Source of the DNA: Firmicutes bacterium UBA5435
GTDB taxonomy: Bacteria > Bacillota > UBA5435
Assembly: GCA_002426645.1 (NCBI GenBank)
Contig: DIRN01000059.1
Span: 821 to 64,820, forward strand
DNA length: 64,000 bases
Direction: 5' to 3'
Of the stretch, positions 49,400-60,800 are shown piece after piece (the stretch's first letter is position 1; the number at the start of each line of letters is the position of its first letter). The notes beneath the pieces were generated by a model that saw only the letters and a list, made by a program, of their open reading frames with translations, was not told where the DNA came from and searched no databases. Made by a program: the position numbers and the translations under genes.

Positions 49400-52300
49400 T
49401 TGCTAAGGGGAATCAATACTTTTAATCTTCATAGGATTTTGTTTCGCATCTTCTTTGTTACTATAATAATTGCTGTTTTTTCACATGTTTCCATAGTTTA
49501 CGCGGAAGAACCTTTACAGAGGATACAGGAATTGTTACATGATATGACAGCCCTTGAAAGTAGGGTTACTGGGCTTCCTGGAGCTGATGAGGCCGCTTCT
49601 TATATCCATAATAAATTCAATGAGATGGGCCTTGATAGCGTAATCGTTCAAGAATTCCCTGTTGTTATTCCAGTAAATGAAGGAAGTAAGTTAGAAGTTA
49701 TTAGTTCAAATGAAGGGTTTGAGATTTATCCCTTATGGCCTAATGATGTGCGTACTCCATCATTGTCTCCTGAAGGATTCGAAGGAAGACTCGTTTATGT
49801 ACATTCAGGTCAACTTTCTGATTTCAATGGTTTGGATGTAAATGGTGCTATAGTTCTTATGGACTTTAATTCTGGTGATAATTGGCTAAACGCTGGGCTT
49901 TTAGGAGCTAAAGCTGTTATTTTTATAGAACCATCTGAGACTAATAGGATACAAGCAGAGGCTAAATTCGTAAGCCTACCGCTAGATCTACCGCGTTTCT
50001 GGTTGAGCAAGGGAGACGCTGATCTCCTTATTAATCGTCTAGATGTAGGTCAAGACAACCTACGTGTTAGAGTTTTTTCAAAGGTTACCTGGAACGAAGT
50101 AGTGGGCAAGAATGTCCTCGGTATAGTAAGAGGTAGTGACTCTAGATTAGGAGGTCAGGTAGTTATTGTTCAGGCAAATTACGATTCTATGTCTGTAGTA
50201 CCTCAGCTATCACCTGGCTCAGAACAAGCTGCGGGTTTAGCTGGCTTCATAGAACTTGCTAGAGTATTCGCACTATCACCGCCTAAGAGAACAGTAGTCT
50301 TCCTGGCTACTGCTGGCCATGGAGAGGCTATGGCTGGCATAAGGGCTTTCATAGATAATCAGCTCTTTGTTGAGGAGCATGGAACTGTAGGGACAGGGCG
50401 GAGTGATTACCTATACAAGCCAATTAAAGATGTTTTTCTCTTTAATCTGGATTTGAGCGGAGGCAGTCAGAAAGTAGGGCTTTCTCACAGAGGATACTTT
50501 TATAATATACAACCTCCACGTACAGATATAGATAAAAAGTTTGTTAATATAGGTACACTCTTTAATGAAATAGCTAATACACTTCAGAGCAGATTGGAAG
50601 GCGAGTTTGAAAATTTAGTGGTATCAGGAAATTACCAGCTGCCAGTTCCCCTAGGGTTTTCATCAGAGGTCTTTACTTTGGCTGGAGGAACAGGTCTCGC
50701 TTTTACCACTTTAGATGATCCAAGGCTATTAATTGATACGCCCTTTGATAATATGGAGAACTTTGGAGAGGAAAAAGTGGAGAATCTATTTTTTCAGATT
50801 CAAGTTATAAAGGAGATACTCTATGAATTCCTCCAGCTTCCGCCAGAAAGGTTTCCAAGTGTAGTGAATATGGGCAACTGTTTTTATTCATCCCCGCGAA
50901 GCTCTGTAATCCTCTCTTCAGAACCTAAAGGAGTTCCATTTGCTGTTGTTAGTGCAAAGTTAAGTATGTATAAGACTTTACCTGGATTACACGGCACCTG
51001 TATTACCATTACAGATCCTTCGGGAGAGTTTCGTATAGCTGGCTTACCGGGGATTCAGGGTGGAGGTAAACCTGTGGATATAAGAGGTTATCTCTTAGAT
51101 TCTAATACTGGTGCTATACTGGCTAGTCCAAATATAGGAGGAGGTTATACACCTTCCTTTAACTCAGATCGCAAAGAGAAATCTGTTCAGATCCCAGTCT
51201 TTAAGGGAACACCTGTCATGGTTTATGATCTCGTTGATAGGGGGAACTTTAAGGATCTTAAGTCCTTTAAATTCTTACATGCCATTACAGATCTTACTCC
51301 CCAACCTTCAGGGTATTTTTTACCCATCTCACCCCAAGAGAGAGTAACGCTTCTCTTTATGGAGCCTAGTACTCCCTTTAATATTTCTATAGAGAGGTCT
51401 GATGGAAGAGGTACTTATATTGCTCTTGAAGAAATGAGATCAGATGGCACTGTCTCTGATTTTATCGTGGGAAACACCCCACTTATTTTACCTCTTTCCC
51501 AGTTATATCTGGGTCACGGTACTTGGAGCGAAAATGAAAAACTCATAGAGCTCTTGAAAAATCGAGGAATTCAACAAGACTTGAGAGTAAAGCTGAATCA
51601 CATAATGGCAGAAGAGCTTTTAAATAGAGCTCAAGAGGATCTAAAAGAGCGAAGATACGATAGTCTCTTGAAGAATTCACAGGCTGCCGCGCATCTTAGT
51701 GGAGAAAATTCAGTGGTAATTAAGGATATACTAGACGATGTTACTGGTAGTGCTCTTTTTTACTTGATTTTGGCCCTTCCATTTGCATATTTTGCAGAAC
51801 GATTGCTCTTTAATGCTATTTCACGTAGGACCCAAATGCTCTTTAGATTACTCATCTTTGGAGTAGTCTTTTTGCTATTAAGATGGCTTCATCCAGCCTT
51901 TTATGTGTCACATAATCTTTATAGAGTAGGAGCGTTCCTTGTAGCAATTGCTCTCTTTTTAACCGCTGTTGGACCTAGTATAAATCGTTTATTTGTGGAG
52001 TTCACCAGATCTGTAAAGGAGTCTTTTGAGCATGAACGTCGACACCAAATAGATGTAGGTCGTTTTACCGCCGCTATTATGGCTTTTCTCTTAGGTATTG
52101 CTAATATGAGAAAGAGAAAGACCAGGACCATACTTACACTCATCACTCTAGTTCTTCTGTCATTTACTGTACTTTCTTTTATATCCCTTCAACCTCATCT
52201 GGGTTACGTGAGAAACAGGTCAGAGGTAGGGTCTTCTTCTGCTCCGTATAATAATGGGACCTGGATACTAATACGCCACAAGGAACTAAGCCCTTTGCCT

Positions 52301-53974
52301 GAAGTTACAGGTGATATAATTAGGTCTGTATATAACGATGAAGTTCAACTCTTCCCAAGGAGTCAATATATTCCTGAGTCAGATGGTGGAAACGAAACTT
52401 TAATTTATTATGGAACCAAGAGTTCTAAGATAAATAGCGCAATAGGTATAACTCATGAAGAAGGGATGAAGCTCTCTATTGACACCTCACTACTTGTTGG
52501 ACGATGGTTTGAATTAGATGAGAAAGGTACGTGTCTCTTATCTAAGAGCCTTGCAGAGAGTATCGGCTTCCCCCTTTCCTTAGTGGGTGAGGGTAGTGTA
52601 ACTATGTTTGGTCATGACTTTAAAGTTATAGGTGTTGTAGATGATGAAAAGTATCTAGAGATAAAGGATTTAGATGGCGAAGTTTTGTCTCCTGCCATCC
52701 TTGTTAAGACTGAACTTGTAGAAGAAACGTCTACAGGAGATGGAATGATCCTAGAACGAACTTATACGGAGATTAATCGTATGGCACCTTCTGACCTTGT
52801 CTTTCTTCCCTTTAATGAACTTATGGATCTTGGTGGTACCCTTTCATCCTTCTTAATTGAAGTTAAAGGGGAAAGAAAGGATATGAACTTAGATGCTCTT
52901 AGAGCAAGGCTTCCATATGAATTCATTGCACGAATAGGCGATGTGGAAAAAAGATACACTCCTATAGAGACTATTTCAATGAAGGGCATGGAAAACTTAG
53001 CTGTTCCAATGATTATAGTTGGGCTAATTGTACTCAATACTATGCTAGGCGCGGTTTATGAACGTCATCAGGAGATAGCTATCTTTAGCGCAGTAGGACT
53101 TTCTCCTGGGCATATAGGTAGCCTCTTCTTCGCAGAGTCGTGCGTATATGCTATTGTAGGTTCACTGCTGGGGTATTTGCTAGGACAGATTGGAGCGAGG
53201 ATTATAACCCTTTACAATCTCTTGCCAGGCCTTTCGCTCAATTACTCTTCATTCTTCACGGTGTACTCTATTTTACTAGTAATGGGAGTAGTGGTTATTT
53301 CATCTGTATATCCTTCTGCTATGGCTTCTAGGTTGGCTGTGCCAGCTATAGAGCGGCGTTGGAAGATGCCGAAGATGGTTGAGACTACCTCAGAGCTCTC
53401 ATTACCCTTTGTTTTCTCAGTAGATGAGGCTTTAGGTGCTATGACCTTCTTGAAGTCTATCTTTGATGGGATGTCGGATAAGAGTTATCCTTCTGGCTCT
53501 GTTTACAAGAGCGACTTCAGAAGTATTGAGAGGGATAAGGGTACAGAATATCTACTAGAAATGTATGTACACTTAGCTCCGTATGATCTAGGGATAAATC
53601 AGAGAGTGGAATTGTGGATGCTTTTAGATAAATCAAGAAAAGAGTATGAATTCAAAGCAATTCTCAATAGGTTAACTGGTGATATACCTTCGTGGAACCG
53701 ATCGAATCATCCATTCATCTCTGAGCTGAGAAAGCAATGTCTCGTATGGAGGACTTTAACTCCTGAATTAAAAGATGATTACACCAAGAAAGGAAAAAAG
53801 CTTCTCTTTGCCAAGGGCGTTCAGGTAAGTGTTGATGAGATGGTTCAAGAATTAGCTGAGGTGATATGTCCTCATTGTGGTGAAAGTTTCCCCCTCTCTA
53901 GACAGCAATTGCTCAGATTAGCCCATGAACTGGAAGAGGGAAAAGTCTTAGATCATTTTGGAGATGAAAGTTAG
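49400..53974 (+). CDS. Large secreted/membrane fusion protein: signal peptide, PA plus M28-peptidase-like domain, then an FtsX-like (MacB/DUF214) permease module with a large extracytoplasmic domain
   Basis: The N-terminus has a signal sequence. The M28-like region contains IVQANYDSMS, PGSEQAAGLAG and FLATAGHGEAMAGIRAF. Multiple TM helices follow. The permease core reads AVYERHQEIAIFSAVGLSPGHIGSLFFAESCVYAIVGSLLGYLLG, a typical FtsX-family signature. TTG start with a GAGGAGG RBS. Confidence 0.8.
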   Translation: MLRGINTFNLHRILFRIFFVTIIIAVFSHVSIVYAEEPLQRIQELLHDMTALESRVTGLPGADEAASYIHNKFNEMGLDSVIVQEFPVVIPVNEGSKLEVISSNEGFEIYPLWPNDVRTPSLSPEGFEGRLVYVHSGQLSDFNGLDVNGAIVLMDFNSGDNWLNAGLLGAKAVIFIEPSETNRIQAEAKFVSLPLDLPRFWLSKGDADLLINRLDVGQDNLRVRVFSKVTWNEVVGKNVLGIVRGSDSRLGGQVVIVQANYDSMSVVPQLSPGSEQAAGLAGFIELARVFALSPPKRTVVFLATAGHGEAMAGIRAFIDNQLFVEEHGTVGTGRSDYLYKPIKDVFLFNLDLSGGSQKVGLSHRGYFYNIQPPRTDIDKKFVNIGTLFNEIANTLQSRLEGEFENLVVSGNYQLPVPLGFSSEVFTLAGGTGLAFTTLDDPRLLIDTPFDNMENFGEEKVENLFFQIQVIKEILYEFLQLPPERFPSVVNMGNCFYSSPRSSVILSSEPKGVPFAVVSAKLSMYKTLPGLHGTCITITDPSGEFRIAGLPGIQGGGKPVDIRGYLLDSNTGAILASPNIGGGYTPSFNSDRKEKSVQIPVFKGTPVMVYDLVDRGNFKDLKSFKFLHAITDLTPQPSGYFLPISPQERVTLLFMEPSTPFNISIERSDGRGTYIALEEMRSDGTVSDFIVGNTPLILPLSQLYLGHGTWSENEKLIELLKNRGIQQDLRVKLNHIMAEELLNRAQEDLKERRYDSLLKNSQAAAHLSGENSVVIKDILDDVTGSALFYLILALPFAYFAERLLFNAISRRTQMLFRLLIFGVVFLLLRWLHPAFYVSHNLYRVGAFLVAIALFLTAVGPSINRLFVEFTRSVKESFEHERRHQIDVGRFTAAIMAFLLGIANMRKRKTRTILTLITLVLLSFTVLSFISLQPHLGYVRNRSEVGSSSAPYNNGTWILIRHKELSPLPEVTGDIIRSVYNDEVQLFPRSQYIPESDGGNETLIYYGTKSSKINSAIGITHEEGMKLSIDTSLLVGRWFELDEKGTCLLSKSLAESIGFPLSLVGEGSVTMFGHDFKVIGVVDDEKYLEIKDLDGEVLSPAILVKTELVEETSTGDGMILERTYTEINRMAPSDLVFLPFNELMDLGGTLSSFLIEVKGERKDMNLDALRARLPYEFIARIGDVEKRYTPIETISMKGMENLAVPMIIVGLIVLNTMLGAVYERHQEIAIFSAVGLSPGHIGSLFFAESCVYAIVGSLLGYLLGQIGARIITLYNLLPGLSLNYSSFFTVYSILLVMGVVVISSVYPSAMASRLAVPAIERRWKMPKMVETTSELSLPFVFSVDEALGAMTFLKSIFDGMSDKSYPSGSVYKSDFRSIERDKGTEYLLEMYVHLAPYDLGINQRVELWMLLDKSRKEYEFKAILNRLTGDIPSWNRSNHPFISELRKQCLVWRTLTPELKDDYTKKGKKLLFAKGVQVSVDEMVQELAEVICPHCGESFPLSRQQLLRLAHELEEGKVLDHFGDES

Positions 53975-54121
53975 GCCCTCTTTTAACGCATAGGTAACGA
54001 TAAAAATGTATTGTCCCTTAGAATTAAATTTGCTATAATTAAGCTAGATGTTTTGTAGAACTAGCGGCTCTAAAGAAGGGGGGATAATTCAGCATTTTAT
54101 CTTTAATGCTGTTATTACTCA

Positions 54122-54337
54122 GTGAAAACTACAATAAGATTTATTTTAAATAATGAACGTTGTAAAGGTTGTGAGCTTTGTGTGAGTGTATGCCCCCAAG
54201 GGATCCTTTATATGGCGAATAAGAATAACAGAAAGGGATATCGTCCGGTTGAAATCATAGATGAAGCTAGATGTACAGGTTGTTTATCCTGCGCACGTAT
54301 GTGTCCTGACGTCGCCATTGAGATCTACAGGGAATAG
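54122..54337 (+). CDS. korD: 2-oxoacid:ferredoxin oxidoreductase delta subunit (2x[4Fe-4S] ferredoxin)
   Basis: CKGCELCVSVCP and CTGCLSCARMCP clusters. 71 aa. Confidence 0.8.
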   Translation: MKTTIRFILNNERCKGCELCVSVCPQGILYMANKNNRKGYRPVEIIDEARCTGCLSCARMCPDVAIEIYRE

Positions 54338-54378
54338 TCTGAACACGGAGGCGAATCTATGTGGAAGAAAGGCTTTTA

Positions 54379-55458
54379 ATGAAGGGGAACGAAGCTTTAG
54401 CTGAAGCTGCTATTCGAGCAGGGTGCCGATGTTTCTTTGGGTACCCTATTACGCCTCAAAATGAGATACCGGAATATATGGCTAAAAGAATGCCTCAAGT
54501 AGGAGGGGTGTTCCTTCAAGCTGAAAGTGAAGTAAGTGCCATAAATATGGTTTATGGAGCAGCAGGAGCAGGTGTAAGAGCCATGACATCTTCGTCAAGT
54601 CCTGGTATTAGCCTGAAACAAGAGGGTATCTCTTATATGGCAGGGGCAGAATTACCTTGTGTAGTGGTTAATGTTATGCGAGCAGGACCTGGGCTTGGAG
54701 GGATTCAGGCTGCCCAAGGTGACTATTTTCAGGCTACTAAGGGAGGTGGCCATGGAGATTATTACACACTTGTCCTTGCTCCTGGATCAGTTCAAGAGAT
54801 GATGGATCTTACCTTTGATGCTTTTGATTTAGCAGATAAGTATCGGAATCCAGTTCTTATCTTATGCGATGCTATTCTTGGACAGATGATGGAACCAGTA
54901 GAATTGAAGGATGAATTCATCACCCAACTACAACCTAAACCATGGGCTACTGTAGGAGCTAAAGGACGAGAACCCAATGTAATTAATTCATTCTATGTAA
55001 GCGCAGAAGAACAGGAAGAACATAATATAAAGTTATTTACAAAATACCAAAGGATGAGGAATGAAGAGGTTAGAGTAGAGACGTGGAGAATGGAAGATGC
55101 GGAGATCGCTCTAGTAGCATATGGTACAGTTTCACGAATAGCCAAGGCAGCTGTGGAACTAATGCGACAAGAAGGGATAAAAGCTGGTTTAATTCGTCCA
55201 ATAACCCTCTTCCCTTTTCCAGAAAAAACTATACATGACTTAGCATTTAATGTAAAGGCATTTTCAGTTATTGAAATGAGTATGGGACAACTAGTAGAAG
55301 ACGTTAGGCTTGCAGTGAAAGGAGTGGCACCTGTGAAGTTCTATGGAACTACTGGTGGACGCCTTCCTACTCCTGAAAGTATATTTCAAAAGGCTTACGA
55401 GCTCATGAACGAGCTAACAAGAGGGGAGAATGGCTGCTATGAAAAGATTATTCGGTAG
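54379..55458 (+). CDS. korA: 2-oxoglutarate/2-oxoacid:ferredoxin oxidoreductase alpha subunit
   Basis: [30 protein letters not shown] is canonical KorA/PorA. The delta-alpha-beta-gamma gene order matches the kor/oor type. Confidence 0.9.
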   Translation: MKGNEALAEAAIRAGCRCFFGYPITPQNEIPEYMAKRMPQVGGVFLQAESEVSAINMVYGAAGAGVRAMTSSSSPGISLKQEGISYMAGAELPCVVVNVMRAGPGLGGIQAAQGDYFQATKGGGHGDYYTLVLAPGSVQEMMDLTFDAFDLADKYRNPVLILCDAILGQMMEPVELKDEFITQLQPKPWATVGAKGREPNVINSFYVSAEEQEEHNIKLFTKYQRMRNEEVRVETWRMEDAEIALVAYGTVSRIAKAAVELMRQEGIKAGLIRPITLFPFPEKTIHDLAFNVKAFSVIEMSMGQLVEDVRLAVKGVAPVKFYGTTGGRLPTPESIFQKAYELMNELTRGENGCYEKIIR

Positions 55459-56197
55459 GCCAGAAGCCTTAAGAGATGTCCCCACACATTACTGTCCAGG
55501 GTGTCCACATGGCATAGTTCATCGGTTAATAGCAGAGGTTATTGATGAGCTAGAGATTAGGGAGAAGACCATAGGTATAGCTCCAGTAGGATGCGCGGTT
55601 TTGGCTTACAATTATTTCAACTGTGATATGCAAGAAGCTGCTCATGGTAGAGCATCAGCAGTAGCTACTGGTATAAAAAGGGCTTTACCAGATTCTATTG
55701 TCTTTTCATACCAAGGGGATGGTGATCTAGCTTCTATAGGTACTGCTGAGATTGTTCATGCTGCTGCCAGAGGAGAAAATATAACGGTGATCTTTATAAA
55801 TAATGCTATATATGGCATGACAGGAGGGCAGATGGCTCCAACCACCCTTGTTGGTCAAAGGACCACCACCTGTCCAGATGGTAGAGATCCACGTTTAGCG
55901 GGTTTCCCTATAAGAATCTCTGAAATGCTTGCGACCCTTGATGGAGCTGTATACATTGCTAGGGCTAGTGTGCATAACATAAGTCATTTATTGAAGGCTA
56001 AAAGGTGCATTAAAACTGCCTTCCAAGTACAGCTTAATGGAGAAGGCTTTGCCATGGTGGAAGTACTTTGTGCTTGTCCAACGAATTGGGGGCTTTCAGC
56101 TCCAGAGGCTATGAAGTGGGTAGAGAAGAATATGATCCCATATTATCCATTATGGGAGATTAAACCTCTGCTTAAGGAAGGTGTGGTACGTGATTGA
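55430..56197 (+). CDS. korB: 2-oxoacid:ferredoxin oxidoreductase beta subunit (TPP-binding)
   Basis: CPGCPHG and the GDGD...NN TPP motif ([39 protein letters not shown]). Confidence 0.9.
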   Translation: MAAMKRLFGRPEALRDVPTHYCPGCPHGIVHRLIAEVIDELEIREKTIGIAPVGCAVLAYNYFNCDMQEAAHGRASAVATGIKRALPDSIVFSYQGDGDLASIGTAEIVHAAARGENITVIFINNAIYGMTGGQMAPTTLVGQRTTTCPDGRDPRLAGFPIRISEMLATLDGAVYIARASVHNISHLLKAKRCIKTAFQVQLNGEGFAMVEVLCACPTNWGLSAPEAMKWVEKNMIPYYPLWEIKPLLKEGVVRD

Positions 56198-56723
56198 AAA
56201 GATTATAATTTCTGGATTTGGTGGACAGGGTATAATGGTTCTTGGCCAGCTTCTAGCATATGCAGGTATGATAGAAGGCAAGGCAGTTTCTTGGATCCCC
56301 TCATATGGTGCAGAAATGAGAGGGGGAACTGCTAATTGCTCTGTGGTAATCTCTGATAAAGATATCCCGTCGCCTGTAGTATCAGAGGCCAACACCATCT
56401 TTGCTTTTAATAGTCCATCATTAGAAAAATTTGAATCTCGTATTATAAAAGGTGGTTTACTCTTTATAAATAGTTCGTTAGTGAAAATAATGCCTACGAG
56501 GAAGGATATAAAGGTTATAAAAGTACCTGCTAATGACATTGCTAATGAACTAGGTAATATGAAAGTTACAAATATGGTTATGCTAGGTGCTTATATAAAG
56601 GCAGCAAAGGCTGTCTCAGTAAACTCTATTATTCAGGCTCTCAAGAAAGTGCTTCCTCCTAGACGACATAATCTTATCCCACTAGACGAGGAGGCACTAA
56701 AGAAGGGCGCGGTTTTTGCATAA
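56181..56723 (+). CDS. korC: 2-oxoacid:ferredoxin oxidoreductase gamma subunit
   Basis: [21 protein letters not shown] is the typical gamma-subunit N-terminus. Confidence 0.85.
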   Translation: MWYVIEKIIISGFGGQGIMVLGQLLAYAGMIEGKAVSWIPSYGAEMRGGTANCSVVISDKDIPSPVVSEANTIFAFNSPSLEKFESRIIKGGLLFINSSLVKIMPTRKDIKVIKVPANDIANELGNMKVTNMVMLGAYIKAAKAVSVNSIIQALKKVLPPRRHNLIPLDEEALKKGAVFA

Positions 56724-56734
56724 AGAGCTTTCTT

Positions 56735-58177
56735 TCATGTGCGCCAAAAATCAGGGAGTAAGAGCACTAATACGGTGTAAAGCTCTAACCTACCAAGTAG
56801 CATGCATAGGCTTAAAACCCACTTACCCAAGGCACAGATAGGCGCGTAGGTCTTTGCCGGGCCCACTAATCCAAGGCCAGGACCTACGTTTCCTAGGGCT
56901 GATGCTATTGCTGAACCAGCACTAACTAGATCAAAACCCAAAGCCATCATTATGAGGGTTGCTAAAACAAAGGTCAAAATGTATATGAATACAAACCCTA
57001 GGATCTTATTTAAGACTTCAGACTTTATTGGGATACCATTTATTTTGTTGACTGTAACAGCTCTTGGATTTATAAAATTGAATAGTTCATTATAACTATA
57101 TTTCAAGACCACTAAAAGTCTACCTACTTTTATGGCTCCACCAGTTGATCCTGCACATCCCCCTACGAACATCAATGTTAATAAAATGCCTTTAGCAAGA
57201 GGGGGCCAAGTGTCAAAGTCAGTGGTAGCAAACCCTGTTGTTGTTATAATTGATACTACTTGAAACCCAGCTTCACGTAGGGACGTTATAAACTTCATAG
57301 AGGTATTTGTAAAGAGATTCCAAGTGATGATTAACGTTGCTATGAGAATTATAAATACGTAAAATTTAAATTCAGAGTCACGTAATAGTGCTTTAGACTC
57401 CCCATGTAATACTCGGAAGTATAATGCAAAGCTAGTTCCTGCCATGAACATGAAGAGTAAGAGAATTAAATGTATAATTGGGCTGTCCCATGCTCCGGCA
57501 CTTGCTGTCTTTGTGGAGTATCCACCTGTAGCCATAGTTGTGAATGCATGATTTACTGCATCAAATAGATTCATTCCTGCAAGCCAGAGCAGTATAGTCA
57601 TTAATATAGAGAGGCCTATATATATTTTCCATAAGGCTTTGGCGTTTTTGCGAATTCTAGGTTCCAACTTTTCTGGGACTGGTCCTGGAACCTCCGCGTC
57701 AAATAGTCTGGTCCCACCAATTCCTAAGTTTGGTAATATAGCGATAAATAAGACGATAATCCCCATACCTCCTAACCATTGTAAGAAACTCCGCCAGAAG
57801 AGGATGGAAAGAGGTTGAGCTTCTATGTCCACGATAACAGTTGCGCCTGTTGTGGTGAGCCCTGAGATAGTCTCAAAGAAGGCATCAGTAAATGAAGAGA
57901 ATATGCCTACAAAAAGAAAGGGTAGGGACCCTATAATAGTTGCACTTATCCAACTTAACGTAACCACAACGAAACATTCTTTACGAGTTATTTTTTCTTC
58001 TCCACCAGAGAGTATTCGTGTTAAGAACCCTAGCAAACTGGTTAGAGCTGTACATATAATGAATACATCCGCAACCCCTTCGTTAAAGTATATTGATATC
58101 CCAGCAGGTATTAACATTAGCAAACCTAGAAAGAAGATTAGAGTTCCTATTAAGTTAAATATGGCTTTAAAGTTCAT
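56735..58177 (-). CDS. trkH: TrkH/KtrB-family K+ uptake membrane protein
   Basis: A polytopic protein with repeated selectivity-filter-like GxG segments (TTGFATTD, GGCAGSTGGAIKVGR). Confidence 0.9.
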   Translation of the reverse strand: MNFKAIFNLIGTLIFFLGLLMLIPAGISIYFNEGVADVFIICTALTSLLGFLTRILSGGEEKITRKECFVVVTLSWISATIIGSLPFLFVGIFSSFTDAFFETISGLTTTGATVIVDIEAQPLSILFWRSFLQWLGGMGIIVLFIAILPNLGIGGTRLFDAEVPGPVPEKLEPRIRKNAKALWKIYIGLSILMTILLWLAGMNLFDAVNHAFTTMATGGYSTKTASAGAWDSPIIHLILLLFMFMAGTSFALYFRVLHGESKALLRDSEFKFYVFIILIATLIITWNLFTNTSMKFITSLREAGFQVVSIITTTGFATTDFDTWPPLAKGILLTLMFVGGCAGSTGGAIKVGRLLVVLKYSYNELFNFINPRAVTVNKINGIPIKSEVLNKILGFVFIYILTFVLATLIMMALGFDLVSAGSAIASALGNVGPGLGLVGPAKTYAPICALGKWVLSLCMLLGRLELYTVLVLLLPDFWRT

Positions 58178-59529
58178 TGAACTCTCTCCTTAAAATATTT
58201 TTCTATAAAAGGAACTACTGTAGGGAGAGCAAATATGATTATGTGATCTCCAGGGAGTGGAATAGTGTCACCGCGTGGGACTATAACAGTTTCCTCGCGA
58301 AGGATTGCGCCTACCACAGCTCCTTCTGGAAAATTCCAATGGCGTATAGCTCTATTTGCAGCTTTGCAGTCTTTAGAAAGTATTATTTCAATGACTTCTA
58401 CACTACCTTCCTTCACAAGAGATAGAGAAGCAACATTAGGCTCGCGAATCAATTGTAATATAGTGCTTGCAACTATTATTCTTGGTATAACTGTTACATC
58501 AATTCCTAGTTTAGAAGCCAAAGGTATATAACTATCTCTGTGAAGTTCTGCTATTACTTTCTTTGCTCCCATGTCTTTGGCCATAAACCCCGAAAGCAGA
58601 TTAGTTTGCTCTTGAGAAGTTACAGCTATAAATGCGTCGGATAGACCAATATTCTCTTCGCTAAGGATATCTGGTATAGTTCCGTCTCCATTTATTATAA
58701 GTGTGCGATGTAGCTTTTCAGCTAGTTTCTTACAAACCTCAGGGTTATGTTCTATTATCTTTACTAAAGGACCATGTGGCCATCTTTCTTCTATCATCTG
58801 AGCTAAACGCATACCTATCTTTCCGCCTCCAAGGATGACTACTTTTTTTATTGCTTTTGAAGTGCTTTCAGCCAGTCCTACAGGCTCATCTGCGTTAGAG
58901 ACTATAAAGATATCATCCTTCGGATAAATGGTAGTGCTTCCGCTGGGAACTAATACTTCGTCTTTACGTAGGATAGCTGCTACAGTGCTAGAAGTCAAAC
59001 GGATCTCTTCTATTCTTTTATTAGCTATGAATGCGTCTTCCTGAACTCTAAATCCCAGCATTTTAACTTTTCCATTAGCAAAAAACTCTACTTCTCTCGC
59101 TGTGGGAGTTTTAAGAATCTTGAATATATCATAAGCTACAGCTTCTTCAGGATTAATTATTAGATCAATCCCTAATTGTTGACTTGAAAGTTCCCAATCT
59201 TTAAGACCATAGTATTCAAGATTTCTTACACGTGCCACTGTTCTTTCGATACCAGCCTTCTTCGCCATCATGCAAGCAACAATATTGACTTCATCGATTT
59301 TAGTCACAGCAATAAAGAGACTTGTTTCTTTAATAGAAGCCTTCTCTAAAACTTTGATACTTGCGCCATTACCATGGATGCTTAGGACGTCTAGGTTTTC
59401 TTTAATTTCTTTGAGTGCTTCTTCATTGTTATCAATGACTACTACATCATGGCCTTCTCCTGTTAATCTTCTTGCTAATTCAAAACCGACTTTCCCAGCT
59501 CCTACTATAACAGTCTTCATTATCAGCAC
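58174..59529 (-). CDS. trkA: Trk system K+ uptake protein TrkA (tandem RCK/NAD-binding domains)
   Basis: MKTVIVGAGKVGFELAR... and a second VVILGGGKIGMRLAQ Rossmann motif. It overlaps the trkH start by 4 nt. Confidence 0.9.
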   Translation of the reverse strand: MLIMKTVIVGAGKVGFELARRLTGEGHDVVVIDNNEEALKEIKENLDVLSIHGNGASIKVLEKASIKETSLFIAVTKIDEVNIVACMMAKKAGIERTVARVRNLEYYGLKDWELSSQQLGIDLIINPEEAVAYDIFKILKTPTAREVEFFANGKVKMLGFRVQEDAFIANKRIEEIRLTSSTVAAILRKDEVLVPSGSTTIYPKDDIFIVSNADEPVGLAESTSKAIKKVVILGGGKIGMRLAQMIEERWPHGPLVKIIEHNPEVCKKLAEKLHRTLIINGDGTIPDILSEENIGLSDAFIAVTSQEQTNLLSGFMAKDMGAKKVIAELHRDSYIPLASKLGIDVTVIPRIIVASTILQLIREPNVASLSLVKEGSVEVIEIILSKDCKAANRAIRHWNFPEGAVVGAILREETVIVPRGDTIPLPGDHIIIFALPTVVPFIEKYFKERVQ

Positions 59530-59711
59530 CTCTCACTGTATGCTAGGCGATAAATACCAAACCAGTCTATTTATAATTCGTTGTCACGGTATAGATTTCC
59601 TTCTTTCAAACGTTAACCTTTATAGAGGAAGATAAATAATAGGAATACTTTCTCAAGAGTGAGAAATAATATTTTATAAGGTGTTTATCTTGACATTGAG
59701 TGGAGGAGCTT

Positions 59712-60800
59712 ATGATAAGGATTAGGCCAGGGGTAATAAGAGAGATTCGTCACGTCTTTCCAGATTATATAGAAGCAATGGCTGAGGTTGAAGGCGAAGA
59801 AGCTAAGGTTATAGCATATCCTCAGATTACAGGAACCATAGAGCTTGGGGATGAAGTGTTATTGAACACAACGGCTCTTAGCCTTAATTTGGGTACTGGC
59901 GGATATCATTATGTAATGGGAAATCTAGTTAGGAAGGTAAAGGATGATCATGGACAGGGTCACATAATGAAGTTAAGGTACACGCCGGCTCAAGTAAGAT
60001 GCCTCGCAGCTGAAGAAGGGGATAGTCTCGTAAGAGATAAGATAGAAATGTTTGATGGTTTAAAAGGTATGCCTATTATAATAGGGGAACTTCACAGCAT
60101 GCTTCCACCAGCTGCTGCTGCTCTTAAAGAGCTAAGTGACGATAGATTAAATGTGGCTTATATCATGACAGATGGCGCAGCGCTGCCCATAGCTTTTAGC
60201 CGTTTGGTCAGGACTTTAAAAGAGAAAGAATTAATAAATGGTACCATTACAATAGGTCATGCATTTGGTGGTGATTATGAAGCAGTTAATATCTATAGCG
60301 GTCTTATAGTTGCACAGATGGTTCTTAAAGCAGATGTGGCAATAGTTTCTATGGGACCTGGTATAGTAGGTACTGGTACTAAATATGGGTTTACAGGTAT
60401 AGAGGTAGCTAATATCATTGATGCTGTGAATGCATTAGGAGGTACTCCTATTGCTATACCTAGGTTGAGCTTTGCAGATGAAAGGGAACGTCATATAGGA
60501 GTTAGCCATCATACTCTCACATCTTTAGGAGAGATAGCACATACAAAGGCATTACTTCCTTTGCCTTGTGAAATAGATGAATCGCGTAAAGCCTCTATAG
60601 AGGAGATGCTAAAGAATTCAAAGATCTATGAGAAACATGAAGTTCGATGGGTCTGTGGAGCGCAGAGTGGTATAGATAGGCTTGTGAAAGACGGCGTAGA
60701 GGTGAAAACTATGGGTCGGGAGATCAATCAAGATAAGGAATTCTTCTTAGGGGCATCCTCAGGGGGCGTACTTGGAGTAGCCCTAAGCCATAACAACTAG
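59712..60800 (+). CDS. Conserved hypothetical protein (DUF3866-like)
   Basis: 366-aa ORF. GGAGGAG RBS lies 5 nt before the ATG at 59712. No recognised motif. Confidence 0.5.
   Translation: MIRIRPGVIREIRHVFPDYIEAMAEVEGEEAKVIAYPQITGTIELGDEVLLNTTALSLNLGTGGYHYVMGNLVRKVKDDHGQGHIMKLRYTPAQVRCLAAEEGDSLVRDKIEMFDGLKGMPIIIGELHSMLPPAAAALKELSDDRLNVAYIMTDGAALPIAFSRLVRTLKEKELINGTITIGHAFGGDYEAVNIYSGLIVAQMVLKADVAIVSMGPGIVGTGTKYGFTGIEVANIIDAVNALGGTPIAIPRLSFADERERHIGVSHHTLTSLGEIAHTKALLPLPCEIDESRKASIEEMLKNSKIYEKHEVRWVCGAQSGIDRLVKDGVEVKTMGREINQDKEFFLGASSGGVLGVALSHNN

Noticed and set aside
59530-59699. c-di-AMP (ydaO-type) riboswitch upstream of trkA
   Set aside because: The minus-strand leader is short and AT-rich with an RBS and a plausible promoter. 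It has no extended pseudo-symmetric structure or conserved ACGGGGA-like segments.
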